Notes: generated by a model not told the origin, from the sequence alone. A stretch of DNA of 36,901 nucleotides from Deltaproteobacteria bacterium (GCA_040218735.1 JAVJQW010000030.1:1-36901), one strand, 5' to 3'. Positions 25,287-35,279 are shown, counted from the first letter of the stretch. Made by a program: numbers and translations.

Positions 25287-27274
25287 TCGATCTTCAACAG
25301 CGACAGCGACAGCACCTCGCCCGTCTCCAACCGCACCAGCTTCACCAGCATCTCGACCTTCCCGCCGTCCCCCGGCGCGAGCGACGACAGCACCGCGAGC
25401 TTCGCGGGGACGAGGCGGCCGACGTCCGACACACGCGAAGCGTCGTACTTCGCGGAGAGCTGCTCCGCGAGCTGCTCGAGGACGGCGCCGCGGTCCTCGT
25501 GTTCGAGGAGCTGGAACTGCGCGCGCCGCGAGAGACCGACCATCAGCCGGCGCCCGAGTTTGTCGGTGTCCGCCTTCAGCTTCTTCGCGGAGGCGATCGG
25601 CATCAACACCGTCGGCGTGCGCGGCTCGATGCGCTCCACGGAGTAGTCGAGGAGCTGCTTCACCGACTGCGAGAAGAGGTCCTCCAGCACGAGGTCCTTC
25701 GGCACGTCGTCCGAGCGCGACGCCGCGAAGTAGTCCTCGCGCGTCGGCGCGCCGCGCGGCGTGAGGTGCGCGAGCTCGACCTTCACCATGCGCACGACGA
25801 TCGCATCGAGGTTCTCGGCGACCCAGTTCGACCCGACATGGTGGCTCACCAGCGCCGGCGTCCCCGCCCCGCTGTCGCCCTTCTCGCCGTAGGTCAGGAA
25901 GACAAACGGCGCCATCGTGAACTGCGCGAGCTGGCGCCAGACGAGCTCACCGGTCTCGGACAGCCCCGACGCACCGATCGTCGCGATCTTGATCCCGCGC
26001 TCGGCCGCCTCCCGCGCGGCGTCGAGGTACGTGAAGCGCTGGCCGTAGTCGAAGTGCGGCGGCGCGTCGCCGACGAGGAACGCGAGCTTCACACCTTCGG
26101 AGCGCCACTCGAGGTCGTGCAGCGTCGACGCGAGCCCCGCCTGCACGTCCTCCGGGTAGTCGTTACCGCCGCCGGCTTGGACCTTGCCGAGCTCGCGCGT
26201 GAAGCTACCGAGGTCGCGCGTGAAGTCGACGTGCTGCGTGACGTACGCGTCACCGCGGTCGCGGTAGGTGACGAGCCCGAAGCGCACGTCGGGGCGCGGC
26301 GACATGTGCTCGATCTGGAAGTGGATCGTCTCGATCGTCTGCTTCAGCCGGAGCAGCTCGTCGCCCATGCTCCCGGTGGTATCGAGCACAAACGCGACGT
26401 CGAGCGGGACGTTTTCGAAGTCCTTCCGCTCGCGGAGGAGTTTGAACTGGATGCGGTGGGTGCGCTCGTCGGCGAGCTGTACGGTCTTCGTCAGGCCGGC
26501 GTGGGTCATCCGCACCGAGAGGTCCTGGCGGTGGCGTCCGGTGTCGGAGGGGAACAACAGCGTACGCCCGTCGGCGTAGGTGCGGCGGCGCTGTAGCGTG
26601 CCGGGCCCATAGCGAAGCTCGACCTCGACGTCCGGGATCGGCTTGCCGCGCTGGTCCTGGACCTCGACGATGACCCGGTCGGAGAGGTCCGAGTGATAGC
26701 CGTGGTGGCGGTGTTTCTCGAGGAAGTCGAGGTACGCCGCGTAGGATAGGTTGTCGTCGGAGGCGCCGGCCTTCACGCCCGGCGACTTCGGCGGCCCGCG
26801 ACGACGGCGCGGCTCAGGCTCCGCGGGGAGCGTGAGCGAGGCGGTCGTATCGGCGCCGTCGCCGGGGAAGCGGGCGCGGGTGTCGCCCTTCCCCGCGTGT
26901 TTGGCCACGGAGGAGCTGGAGGGGTCGAGGGTCCGCGCGCTCGGCGGCACGTCCTCGTAGGTCCCCGACATCTCGATGACCTCGTCGGGGGACACGCGGC
27001 GGCGCTCGGGGCGCTTCGCGACGACCTCGGGGGCCGGCGGCGGGGGCGCCGGCCGCTTCGCCGCTGGAGCGGGGGCGCTGTCGCCCAGGCCGGTGCGGTG
27101 GGAACGCCGCTCAGACGCCTTGGCGTGGCTCCGGGTCGAATCGCCGGCCGCGCCCGGCTCGTCCTCGTAGCGCTCTTCGGCGATGTCGGTGGGGGCCGCC
27201 TCCTTGTCCTCCGCGCCCAGGGTCGAGGCGCACGCGATCACGGTGGTCAGGAAGAGCGGCGTCATCCGTTTCAT
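25268..27274 (-). CDS. vWA-domain protein, probable lipoprotein, with C-terminal CsgG/FlgO-like domain
   Basis: MKRMTPLFLTTVIA-C lipobox-like N-terminus, Pro/Glu/Lys-rich disordered region and Ig-like segment (VQDQRGKPIP). MIDAS DTTGSM, GGGNDYPE and VGDAPPH motifs. C-terminal FQLLEH...VGRLVPAK...KLVRLETGEVLS. Confidence 0.85.
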   Translation of the reverse strand: MKRMTPLFLTTVIACASTLGAEDKEAAPTDIAEERYEDEPGAAGDSTRSHAKASERRSHRTGLGDSAPAPAAKRPAPPPPAPEVVAKRPERRRVSPDEVIEMSGTYEDVPPSARTLDPSSSSVAKHAGKGDTRARFPGDGADTTASLTLPAEPEPRRRRGPPKSPGVKAGASDDNLSYAAYLDFLEKHRHHGYHSDLSDRVIVEVQDQRGKPIPDVEVELRYGPGTLQRRRTYADGRTLLFPSDTGRHRQDLSVRMTHAGLTKTVQLADERTHRIQFKLLRERKDFENVPLDVAFVLDTTGSMGDELLRLKQTIETIHFQIEHMSPRPDVRFGLVTYRDRGDAYVTQHVDFTRDLGSFTRELGKVQAGGGNDYPEDVQAGLASTLHDLEWRSEGVKLAFLVGDAPPHFDYGQRFTYLDAAREAAERGIKIATIGASGLSETGELVWRQLAQFTMAPFVFLTYGEKGDSGAGTPALVSHHVGSNWVAENLDAIVVRMVKVELAHLTPRGAPTREDYFAASRSDDVPKDLVLEDLFSQSVKQLLDYSVERIEPRTPTVLMPIASAKKLKADTDKLGRRLMVGLSRRAQFQLLEHEDRGAVLEQLAEQLSAKYDASRVSDVGRLVPAKLAVLSSLAPGDGGKVEMLVKLVRLETGEVLSLSLLKIDQTLLL

Positions 27275-27331
27275 TTGAAGGGTGCTCAACGCGCGAGCAT
27301 CCCAAACGATCTACCGCTAAGCTGCTTTTTC

Positions 27332-28201
27332 GTGGCCTCGCTCGATCGCCGCCTCGAAACCAACGCCCCCGGCGACCTGTACGTCGACGACTCGTGCATC
27401 GACTGCGGCGCCTGCCGGTGGATCGCGCCGGCCACCTTCGACGAAGCCGGCCCGTACTCGCGGGTCCGTCGCCAGCCGGATCGCCCCGACGTCCGCCACC
27501 GCGCGCTGATGGCGCTGGTCGCCTGTCCGACGGCGTCGATCGGCTCCGTGGTTCGGGAGGACGTCGCCTCCGCGGCGAAGGCGTATCCGGATCGGCTCCG
27601 GGACAGCGTGTACCACCTCGGCTTCCACGCCGAGTCGAGCTTCGGCGCGGCCTCCTACCTCATCGTGCGTGACGGCGGGAACGTGATGGTGGACGTGCCT
27701 CGGTACAACGGCCCGCTCGCCAAGCGCATCGAGGCGCTCGGCGGCGTCCGCACCATGTTCTTCACCCATCGCGACGACGTCGCGGACCACGTGCGCTGGG
27801 CGGAGCGCTTCGGCGCCGAGCGCATCCTGCACGCGTACGACCGCTCGCGGCGTACGAAGGACGTGGAGCGGTTCATCGAGGGTGAGGACGAGGTCGAGCT
27901 GGCGCCGGACCTGCGGATCGTCCCCACCCCCGGCCACACACGCGGATCGATGTGTCTGCTGTTCGACGGTGTCGCGTTCACGGGCGACCACCTGGCGTAC
28001 CGGCCCGCCGAGGGGCGCGTCGTCGCGTTCCGGCGGACCTGTTGGTACGACTGGAGCGTCCAGATCGCGTCGATGAAGCGCCTCGCGCGCCATTCGTTCG
28101 AATGGATTCTCCCGGGCCACGGCGCGCCCGTGCAGCTGCCCGCGAAAGAGATGGCGGATCAGATGGAAGCCTGCATCGCATGGATGGATGAGGTTTGTTA
28201 G
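27332..28201 (+). CDS. Ferredoxin-fused metallo-beta-lactamase-fold hydrolase
   Basis: CIDCGAC...CPTASIG ferredoxin Cys pattern; FTHRDDVADH, TPGHTRGS, FTGDH and LPGHG motifs. GTG start at 27332. Confidence 0.92.
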   Translation: MASLDRRLETNAPGDLYVDDSCIDCGACRWIAPATFDEAGPYSRVRRQPDRPDVRHRALMALVACPTASIGSVVREDVASAAKAYPDRLRDSVYHLGFHAESSFGAASYLIVRDGGNVMVDVPRYNGPLAKRIEALGGVRTMFFTHRDDVADHVRWAERFGAERILHAYDRSRRTKDVERFIEGEDEVELAPDLRIVPTPGHTRGSMCLLFDGVAFTGDHLAYRPAEGRVVAFRRTCWYDWSVQIASMKRLARHSFEWILPGHGAPVQLPAKEMADQMEACIAWMDEVC

Positions 28202-28225
28202 GGTGCTCGCCCGACCGGAGGAATC

Positions 28226-28900
28226 ATGAGCAAGATGATCGAATTCAATCGCCCCGACGGAACGAAGTGCCCGGCTTACTACGCCACACCCGCCGCGCAG
28301 GACGGCGCCCCCGGGGTCGTGATCATCCAGGAGTGGTGGGGGCTCAACGACCAGATCAAGAAGGTCGCGGACCGCGTCGCCGCCACCGGGTTCCGCGCGA
28401 TGGTGCCCGACCTCTACCGCGGCAAGCTCACGACCGACGGCGACGAAGCCAACCACATGATGAACGACCTCGACTGGGCTGACGCCTGCTCGCAGGACAT
28501 CCGCGGCGCGCTGCAGCACCTCGCGCTCGGCGGCAAGAAGACCGGCGTGATGGGCTTCTGCATGGGTGGTGCGCTCACGATCCTCTCCGCGGTGAACCTC
28601 GAAGAGACGCGCGCTGCGGTCTGCTTCTACGGCATTCCGCCCGCCGAAGCGGCCGACCCGGCCAAGATCCGATGCCCGTTCCTGGGTCACTTCGCGACCG
28701 ACGACGACTGGTGCAACGCCGCCGCCGTCGAAGCGCTGCAAGGCCGCCTGGACGCCGGCGGCGTCGACGCGAAGGTGCACGTCTACGAGAAGACGAAACA
28801 CGCGTTCTTCAACGACGCGCGCCCCGAGGTCTTCGACAAAGAAGCCTCCGCGATGGCGTGGGCGCGCAGCATCGACTTCCTCAAGAAGCACCTCTCCTGA
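28226..28900 (+). CDS. Dienelactone hydrolase family protein
   Basis: QEWWGL, PDLY, nucleophile GFCMGG and HAFFN; GGAGGA SD. Confidence 0.95.
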   Translation: MSKMIEFNRPDGTKCPAYYATPAAQDGAPGVVIIQEWWGLNDQIKKVADRVAATGFRAMVPDLYRGKLTTDGDEANHMMNDLDWADACSQDIRGALQHLALGGKKTGVMGFCMGGALTILSAVNLEETRAAVCFYGIPPAEAADPAKIRCPFLGHFATDDDWCNAAAVEALQGRLDAGGVDAKVHVYEKTKHAFFNDARPEVFDKEASAMAWARSIDFLKKHLS

Positions 28901-28963
28901 CACACGTCGCAAAACGAGGCAGGGGCTTCTACCCCCACGCCGAGGACCCGATGGGTCCTGTGC

Positions 28964-30700
28964 ATGACCTCTGCGTCCCGCGGTGAAGTCTCGACCGAGA
29001 TCCTCGCGTCGAACCCCCGGATGGCCGATCTCCTCGGCGTCTCACTCGAGAAGTTCTACGGCCCCCTGGGCCCCGAGTTAGCCGCGCTCACCGACCGGAT
29101 CCCCTGGGGCCTCTACGTCGCGATGAAGGCGCGCACCGCCGAGCTCGCCGGCTCCGACGAACGCCTGATCGAGCTCGGGGGCGCCATCATGGACACGCCC
29201 GAGACCGCCCAGCGCGGGCTCGGGCTCTTCGTCACGCCCGTGCGCTTCATGCACATGGCGTCGAAGCGCGGGTGGGGCCGCTTCTACGACAACCTCGACG
29301 TCGAGACCCACATCGACGGCGACACGATCACCGTCGAGCTCACCCTCCACCCCGGCTACGCGCCGTGTCGGCCGTTCTTCGTGCAGAACGTCGGAATCCT
29401 CACGCACGCGCCGCGCCTGGTCGGCTGCGACCTCGCGAAGGTGGAGTGGGAGACCGACGGTTACCGCGCCCGCTACGTCGCGCGCGCGCCCGCGTCGCGG
29501 ACGATCTGGGCGCAGATCAAACGCCGCGTCATCGCGATCTTCAACTCGGGCGGCACCTTCGCCGAGCTCGAAGCGCAGCAGAGCAAGCTCGACGAGAAGA
29601 ACAACGCCTTGCGCGTGGCGCTCCACGAAGCGCGCGAGGCGCTCGCGACCCGAGACCGCTTCCTGCAGACGATCGACCACGAGCTACGCACGCCGCTCAA
29701 CGGCATCCGCGGCGGCGTCGACGCGCTCCTCGATCTCGATCTCGGCGAGGACGGTCGCGCGTGGACGGAGCTCCTCGCAAAATCCGAGTCGCGCCTGTCG
29801 GACGTCATACGCGCGATGCTCGAGTACACCCGCCTCGACTCCGAGAAGCTCGTCCCACGCGCGCGCGACTTCCGCCCCACCTGGCTCGCGATGGCGCTGA
29901 CCCGGGAGGTGCTCCGCAAGACCCCAGAGGCGCGCGTCGAGATCGCCGAGGGCACGCCGTCGGCGTGGCTGCGCGCCGATGACGAACGCATCCAGCGCGT
30001 CGTTCAGGAGCTGCTCGACAACGCGGTGGAGCACGGCGGCGGCGGGACGGTCGAGCTGTCGATCACCCACGTCGCGGAGCACCTCCGCATCGCCGTCACC
30101 GACCAAGGCCCCGGGATCGGCCTGCTGGATCAGAAGCGGATCTTCGAGCCCTTCGCCCAGCTCTCCACCCGCGACGCCCGCGATCGCGGCGGCTCCGGGC
30201 TGGGGCTCTCGATCGCAGCGTCGATCGCCCGCGCGCTCGGCGGTGCCGTCGACGTGGACTCCGCCCCCGGCGAAGGGACGCGCTTCGTCGCGACGTTCCC
30301 TGTCGAAGCGTCGCGGCGCGTGGAGCGGGCGGAGCGGCACAGCCTCCCGGCCGTGCTCCTCGTCGACGACGACCGCATCAACCGTATGGTGGGCCGCCGC
30401 CTCCTGGAGCGCCTCGGTTGCGAGGTGGTCGTCGCGGAAGACGGCCTCGAGGCGCTCGCCAAGTACGACGAAGACACGCTCGACCTCGTGCTGATGGACT
30501 GTGAGATGCCGGAGCTCGACGGCTGGTCGGCGACCAAGAAGCTACGCGAGGAGCGTAACGCGTCGACCCCGGTCGTCGCGGTCACGGCGTACACCTCCGA
30601 GGAGGATCGTCGGCGCTGTTACGAGGCGGGCATGGACGACTTCGTTCCGAAGCCGCTGTCCCAGGCGGTGCTCTCCGCCGTGCTCGAGCGGTGGACCTGA
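28964..30700 (+). CDS. Soluble hybrid histidine kinase (N-terminal sensor, HisKA, HATPase, receiver)
   Basis: HELRTPLNGI, LLDNAVEH, DQGPGI and GGSGLGL; receiver VDDDRIN, LMDCEMP and KP. No clear TM helix. Confidence 0.92.
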   Translation: MTSASRGEVSTEILASNPRMADLLGVSLEKFYGPLGPELAALTDRIPWGLYVAMKARTAELAGSDERLIELGGAIMDTPETAQRGLGLFVTPVRFMHMASKRGWGRFYDNLDVETHIDGDTITVELTLHPGYAPCRPFFVQNVGILTHAPRLVGCDLAKVEWETDGYRARYVARAPASRTIWAQIKRRVIAIFNSGGTFAELEAQQSKLDEKNNALRVALHEAREALATRDRFLQTIDHELRTPLNGIRGGVDALLDLDLGEDGRAWTELLAKSESRLSDVIRAMLEYTRLDSEKLVPRARDFRPTWLAMALTREVLRKTPEARVEIAEGTPSAWLRADDERIQRVVQELLDNAVEHGGGGTVELSITHVAEHLRIAVTDQGPGIGLLDQKRIFEPFAQLSTRDARDRGGSGLGLSIAASIARALGGAVDVDSAPGEGTRFVATFPVEASRRVERAERHSLPAVLLVDDDRINRMVGRRLLERLGCEVVVAEDGLEALAKYDEDTLDLVLMDCEMPELDGWSATKKLREERNASTPVVAVTAYTSEEDRRRCYEAGMDDFVPKPLSQAVLSAVLERWT

Positions 30701-30701
30701 G

Positions 30702-31607
30702 TCACTTCGACGTGAGCTTCACGTCGAGCTTCATCGACATCTCCATGTCCTGCGTCTGACCGCGCGCCTCCATCTGCGCCTTCATCAACATGTCGATGTT
30801 CATGTCGCTCTTCGACGGGACGACGCGCATCATGTCGAGCACGAGGGTGCCTCCACCCTTCGACGCCATGGAGCCGATCGACGCCGACATCCCCGGCGGC
30901 AGCCCCGGAAGCGACGACTCCGTGGAGGCGGCGTTCTGCGTGACGTCGACCGCGAGGTCGACCACGGAGCCGCGGATCGCCTTCACCGTGTACGTCATCG
31001 ACTGGTTGATCTTCACGCCCATGTGCTCAGTCAGCGAGTCGACACGCCACTTCGCGCCCTTCCCCACCGCCTCGCTCGGGACGGGCGACGACATCTGCTC
31101 CATCGTCGACTGCATCCCGCTCAGCGTTTGACGTGCCTGCGCCGACGCGGTCGGCGGCAGCTCGAACGTCAGGCCGAGGTTGCTGCCGGTGCTCGACACC
31201 CGCCCCGTCCCCTTGGTGCCGACCAACTCCTTCACGGAGGACTGCACCGTCGCCGTCATCTGCGGGTCGACGCCGGGGGCGTCCATCGCCTTGAAGTCGG
31301 TGAACTCGAAGTCGTAGGTGATGTCGCCGTTCTTCGCGACGTCGGTCACCTTCGTCGTCATCGTCACGGCGGTCGCGGGCGCGGCGTTCGGGGGCAGCGT
31401 CTGGCCGGCGATCTTCATCCCCAGCGTGACCTGCATGTGGAACGTCGCGGTCTGCTTCGCGCCCTTCTTCGGCGCGAAGCGGAGCTTCACCTTCTTGCCG
31501 GAGCCGGCGCCGAGGAGGACGACCTTGGGTTTGTCCGCGGCCCCCGCGACCGAGGACACGGGAGCGGCGAGGACCACGAGCGTCGCGGCGAGCAAGAGTC
31601 GCTTCAT
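30702..31607 (-). CDS. Secreted beta-rich hypothetical protein (DUF6263-like)
   Basis: Signal MKRLLLAATLVVLAAPVSSVAGA; LRFAPKKG and PSEAVGKGAKW segments; Met/Thr-rich. Family assignment is tentative. Confidence 0.7.
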   Translation of the reverse strand: MKRLLLAATLVVLAAPVSSVAGAADKPKVVLLGAGSGKKVKLRFAPKKGAKQTATFHMQVTLGMKIAGQTLPPNAAPATAVTMTTKVTDVAKNGDITYDFEFTDFKAMDAPGVDPQMTATVQSSVKELVGTKGTGRVSSTGSNLGLTFELPPTASAQARQTLSGMQSTMEQMSSPVPSEAVGKGAKWRVDSLTEHMGVKINQSMTYTVKAIRGSVVDLAVDVTQNAASTESSLPGLPPGMSASIGSMASKGGGTLVLDMMRVVPSKSDMNIDMLMKAQMEARGQTQDMEMSMKLDVKLTSK

Positions 31608-31651
31608 CGGGGCTAGGAGTGCCACGACGATTGGACGCCTGGCGAGCGTTT

Positions 31652-32503
31652 CTATTTCGAATCGGCCGCCGCGCCCTTCACGCCCACGATGTAGGCGTTC
31701 CAGGCCGGGTCGCTGTCGCCGTGCGCGGCGCGCTTGAAGATGCCGTTGCCGTCGCCGGTGCGTTTGTCGGTGCCCTCCCAGTAGACGTCGGCGCGATCGA
31801 AGCCGGCCTCCACCAGGACCTCCTGCACTTCGGGGAGGGTCCACAGGCGCCAGTCGTAGACGAAGGCGTCGCGGATCTCGCTCTTGTCGCTGAAGGCGAA
31901 GTGGATCTTGTACTGACCGTGCGCCGTGATCGGGTCGTAGCTCACCTGGTGCCAGATGTAGTCGAACCCGTCGTACGACGTCGTCTCCTCACGGTCCTCC
32001 TCGAGCGACTCGAAGCCGCCGAAGAGGTCGAGGATGAACACCCCCTCGTCGGCGATCGACGCGTGGATGCGCTCGAAGTACTGCCGCAGCAGCGCGCGCT
32101 GCTCGAAGACGCAGTAGCTGAAGTTCTGCGCAGCGACGATGTCGGCCTTCGGTACGTCGGCGTCGAGGACGTTCCCCTCGATCAGGTGCACCCGCTCGCG
32201 CGCGCTATCGGAGAGCCTCGCCAGGTTGTGCTCGGTGCCCCACGCCAGCGGCTCGGGATCCAGATCGACGCCGTACGCGACGCGATCCTTCTTCCGCTTC
32301 ACCCACTCGCAGCACACCGCTGCGGTGCCGCAGAAGTCCTCGCGCAGCACCTTCGCGCCGCGCTTGAAGTTGCTGCGATAGATCTTGTTGAAGAACTTGG
32401 CGTCGACGTCCGGCGCCTGCACGGACTCGAGGTACATCGCGTACCGGTCCGCGCGCTCCGCCTTGGTGGGACGTGACTTCTTACGCTTCTTTTTCTTGGC
32501 CAT
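31652..32503 (-). CDS. Class I SAM-dependent methyltransferase
   Basis: LREDFCGTA motif I, GVDLD, NFSY and GVFILD; Lys-rich N-terminus. Confidence 0.9.
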   Translation of the reverse strand: MAKKKKRKKSRPTKAERADRYAMYLESVQAPDVDAKFFNKIYRSNFKRGAKVLREDFCGTAAVCCEWVKRKKDRVAYGVDLDPEPLAWGTEHNLARLSDSARERVHLIEGNVLDADVPKADIVAAQNFSYCVFEQRALLRQYFERIHASIADEGVFILDLFGGFESLEEDREETTSYDGFDYIWHQVSYDPITAHGQYKIHFAFSDKSEIRDAFVYDWRLWTLPEVQEVLVEAGFDRADVYWEGTDKRTGDGNGIFKRAAHGDSDPAWNAYIVGVKGAAADSK

Positions 32504-32507
32504 TTCT

Positions 32508-33914
32508 CTACTCGTCTTCGACGAAGCCGAGTGCGTCGCCGAGCTTCAGCGCGATCCGATCGTGAATCCAGTGACCGTCCCACCACTCGAGGGGGGTCAC
32601 CGCCAGACCGGCGAGCAACATCGTGAAGTGGAGGTGGTCACCCAGCGCAAGTCCGGTTGCACCGGTGCTCCCGATGGTCTGCGCGCGCGTGACCGTGTCG
32701 CCGACCTTCACGTCGATCGACGACAAGTGACCGTAGAGGCTCATCAGCCCGTAGCCGTGGTCGATGACCACCGCGTTGCCGTAGATGCCGAAGTACTCGG
32801 CGAGCACGACTTTGCCGGCGTTCGCCGCGGGGATGGGCGCCTTCTTCGTCGACGCGAGGTCGAAGCCGAGGTGGTCCTGTTTGTCGACCGCCTTGCCTTC
32901 GTACATGTACGTGCGCCGGTCGGCGAAGGACGAGAACACCTGTGCCTGCATCTGCGCGAAGCTCTGGTTCCAGAAGAACTTCGGCTCCGATTCCTTCGAC
33001 AGCTCGACGAGGCGCTCGGCGTTGTCCTGGCGCATCTCGCTGTTGATCGCGACGTAGTTCTCGAGCAGCGAGCCGCGGTCCTCGAACGACGGCGTCTTCC
33101 CCATGATCTTCGGGACGACGATCTTCATGAAGCGATCCGTCACGTTGATCGTGTCCTCTTTGAAGGGCTTCGCGGTGAAGCGATCCACGAAGTCGATCGC
33201 CATCGTGTTCCCGACGTCGTCCGACGCGACGAGCTTCACCTTCTCCATGTCGTCGAGGTCGTACGGGATCGCGAACAGCGCGAACCGCTCGTTGTCCTTG
33301 CCGTTGGGCAGCGGGTACCCCGGGAAGAACCAGTCGCCCGCCTGCACGCCCGACTTCACCGCCGACTCGCCGACCTCGAAGACGACCGTCTCGCAGCCCC
33401 CCTGCGTCGGGTAGATGAAGCTCGACTTCACCTCCACCGACGGCGGCACCAGCTTGACCGGGAGCGTGACGGACTTCGTGGCCTCCGGCCCGGCGACCGC
33501 CCAGGTCTGCGCCCCCTTCGCCCACACCTCGATCGTCGCGTCCCCGACGCGCAGCTCCTTGGCGTTGCCCTTCTTGTCGATCTTCAGCTCGAAGCGCTTC
33601 TCGGCGACCGGCTCGCCCCACAGCTGATGCCAGGGGCGCGGCGTGAAGGTCTCCTCGAGCAGCGGGACCTGGAGGCCCTCCTGCCTCAGCGTCACCTTCA
33701 ACGCGATCGGGCCGCGCTTGGGCTCCGCGACCGTCACCGTGAGGGGGGTCTCGGGGCCGATCGCCGGGAGGCCGACGTCGATGGTCACCGTGGGCTCGTC
33801 ACCGGTGCGCGTCGTGAAGACGGCCCCGACGGCGCTCGCGCCGATCAAGAGCAGCGCCACGATCCCCTTGAGGGCACCGCTTCCGCGCTTCTTTCTCGGT
33901 GACAGGTCGTACAC
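32508..33914 (-). CDS. M23 family metallopeptidase, membrane anchored
   Basis: N-terminal TM; HLGFDLAS (HxxxD), YGNAVVIDHG, YGHL and GDHLHF (HxH). Start is GTG 33914 or 33950. Confidence 0.92.
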   Translation of the reverse strand: MYDLSPRKKRGSGALKGIVALLLIGASAVGAVFTTRTGDEPTVTIDVGLPAIGPETPLTVTVAEPKRGPIALKVTLRQEGLQVPLLEETFTPRPWHQLWGEPVAEKRFELKIDKKGNAKELRVGDATIEVWAKGAQTWAVAGPEATKSVTLPVKLVPPSVEVKSSFIYPTQGGCETVVFEVGESAVKSGVQAGDWFFPGYPLPNGKDNERFALFAIPYDLDDMEKVKLVASDDVGNTMAIDFVDRFTAKPFKEDTINVTDRFMKIVVPKIMGKTPSFEDRGSLLENYVAINSEMRQDNAERLVELSKESEPKFFWNQSFAQMQAQVFSSFADRRTYMYEGKAVDKQDHLGFDLASTKKAPIPAANAGKVVLAEYFGIYGNAVVIDHGYGLMSLYGHLSSIDVKVGDTVTRAQTIGSTGATGLALGDHLHFTMLLAGLAVTPLEWWDGHWIHDRIALKLGDALGFVEDE

Positions 33915-33944
33915 GGGTGCTTCCAGCCTCGACGCCCGGCTGCA

Positions 33945-33978
33945 TGACACGGGTCACGGCGTGTCACAAGCTTGTCCC
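33945..33978. promoter_or_regulatory. Dyad TGACACG-N8-CGTGTCA plus Pho-box-like GTGTCACAAGCTTGTCCC in a divergent promoter
   Basis: Perfect 7-bp inverted repeat at 33945-33951/33960-33966. TGTC is repeated at 11-bp spacing (33961-33978, 12/18 to the Pho consensus). Confidence 0.4.
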
Positions 33979-34010
33979 GCGCTCGAACGCCGCGATAAGC
34001 GCACCGAGAC

Positions 34011-34895
34011 GTGGGAGCCCTCCTGGTCGTCGTCAACGTCGCCGCGGGGAAGGCGCGCCGCCCTCTGACCGCGCGGATCCGCGAGAAGGTCGGCGCGCGC
34101 GGCACCGTGCTGGAGACCGACTCCCTCGAAGCACTCGACGCGGCCGTCGCCGCGCACGCCAACGCCGAGGACGTCGTGATCTGGGGCGGCGACGGGACGA
34201 TCACCGAGACCGTCAGCGCGTTCGCGCGCCACGCCGAAGTCTTGCCTCGCTTCACGCTGCTGCCCGCCGGCACCATGAACGCCAACGCACGCGGCCTCGG
34301 CTTCAAGGGCGGCCCGTGGCCGAACCTGCTGCGGTTTCTCGACGGGCGCCTGCAGACCGTGGAGCGCACGCTCGTCGAGGCCGACGGACGCGCCGGGTTC
34401 CTCTTCGGCATCGGCCTGATCCCCAACTACCTCGCGGTCTACGAGGAGGCCGAGCGCGGCGGGATGCGCTCGGCGTTCCGCGCGCTGGGGATCTCCGCGA
34501 TGAGCCTCTTCTCGGGGGTCGAGGAGGACAAGTTCTTCCGCGGCTTCGAGGCGCGCGTCACCGCTGACGGCGCGTCCTTCGTGGCCGGGCGCTACACGAA
34601 CCTTTCGGCCGGTGGCACCGAGTTCCTCCCCATGGGCTTCAAGCACTACCACCGCGCGGCCGAGGCGCCGGGGCGCTTCCACTTCGTCGCCCACCGCCTC
34701 TCCGCGCGGCGCGCGGCGAAGGAGCTGTGGCCGATCCGCTCCGGCCGCGGGATGCAGGACTGCGAGCAGGCGCTCTTCGCGCGGGTGCGGATCGAGCTCG
34801 ACGCGCCCGAGGTCTACACGTTCGACGGCGAGCTGTACGCGCCGGTGCAGAACATCGAGCTCACGGGCCGCCGCATCCGCCTCACGGCGCCGTGA
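34011..34895 (+). CDS. Diacylglycerol/lipid kinase family protein
   Basis: VNVAAG, WGGDGT, LPAGTMN and C-terminal FDGE motifs. Confidence 0.88.
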   Translation: MGALLVVVNVAAGKARRPLTARIREKVGARGTVLETDSLEALDAAVAAHANAEDVVIWGGDGTITETVSAFARHAEVLPRFTLLPAGTMNANARGLGFKGGPWPNLLRFLDGRLQTVERTLVEADGRAGFLFGIGLIPNYLAVYEEAERGGMRSAFRALGISAMSLFSGVEEDKFFRGFEARVTADGASFVAGRYTNLSAGGTEFLPMGFKHYHRAAEAPGRFHFVAHRLSARRAAKELWPIRSGRGMQDCEQALFARVRIELDAPEVYTFDGELYAPVQNIELTGRRIRLTAP

Positions 34896-34929
34896 TTCGG
34901 CGCCGTGCGGTCTGGGCGGCAAATCGGTC

Positions 34930-34953
34930 ATAGCCCAGGCCCATAGGAGCTAT
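34930..34953. promoter_or_regulatory. LysR-type T-N11-A box candidate upstream of the 62-aa gene
   Basis: ATAG-N7-CCAT at 34930-34944 and ATAGC...GCTAT dyad (34930/34949) in a locally AT-richer intergenic patch. Confidence 0.3.
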
Positions 34954-35003
34954 CAGACACACCGGCCGAGCCCTCGGCACTTCTTCTGTAGAGGGCGACA
35001 CCG

Positions 35004-35192
35004 ATGACCACGATCTCGAACACCAAGAAACAACTCCTGACCCGCTACGGGGAGGCCACCCGGGGCGAACGGTTCGACCTCTTCCAGACCCACGCCCGGC
35101 TCCGCGAAGCGTTCTTGGGCATCGAGGCCGAGAACATCGCCAAGGCGATGCGCGCCGCGCGGCTCCGTCGTCGGGCGAGCACCGAGGGCTGA
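35004..35192 (+). CDS. Small hypothetical protein (62 aa)
   Basis: ATG with AGAGGG upstream, GC3-biased codons, fills an otherwise empty gap. Confidence 0.65.
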   Translation: MTTISNTKKQLLTRYGEATRGERFDLFQTHARLREAFLGIEAENIAKAMRAARLRRRASTEG

Positions 35193-35263
35193 GCGCCCCA
35201 GGGCGCAGCGCCGACGCTACAGATCGGCGGTCAGGGACCTTTAGCGGCACCAGCCCCCGTGCG

Positions 35264-35279
35264 CGGCACACCACCTGCA
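35264..35279 (+). promoter_or_regulatory. Putative sigma54 (-24/-12) promoter of the EF-hand gene
   Basis: CGGCAC-ACCAC-CTGCA has correct GG-N10-GC spacing. The predicted start near 35290 lies just before AGGAGG (35295) and ATG 35309. Confidence 0.55.
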
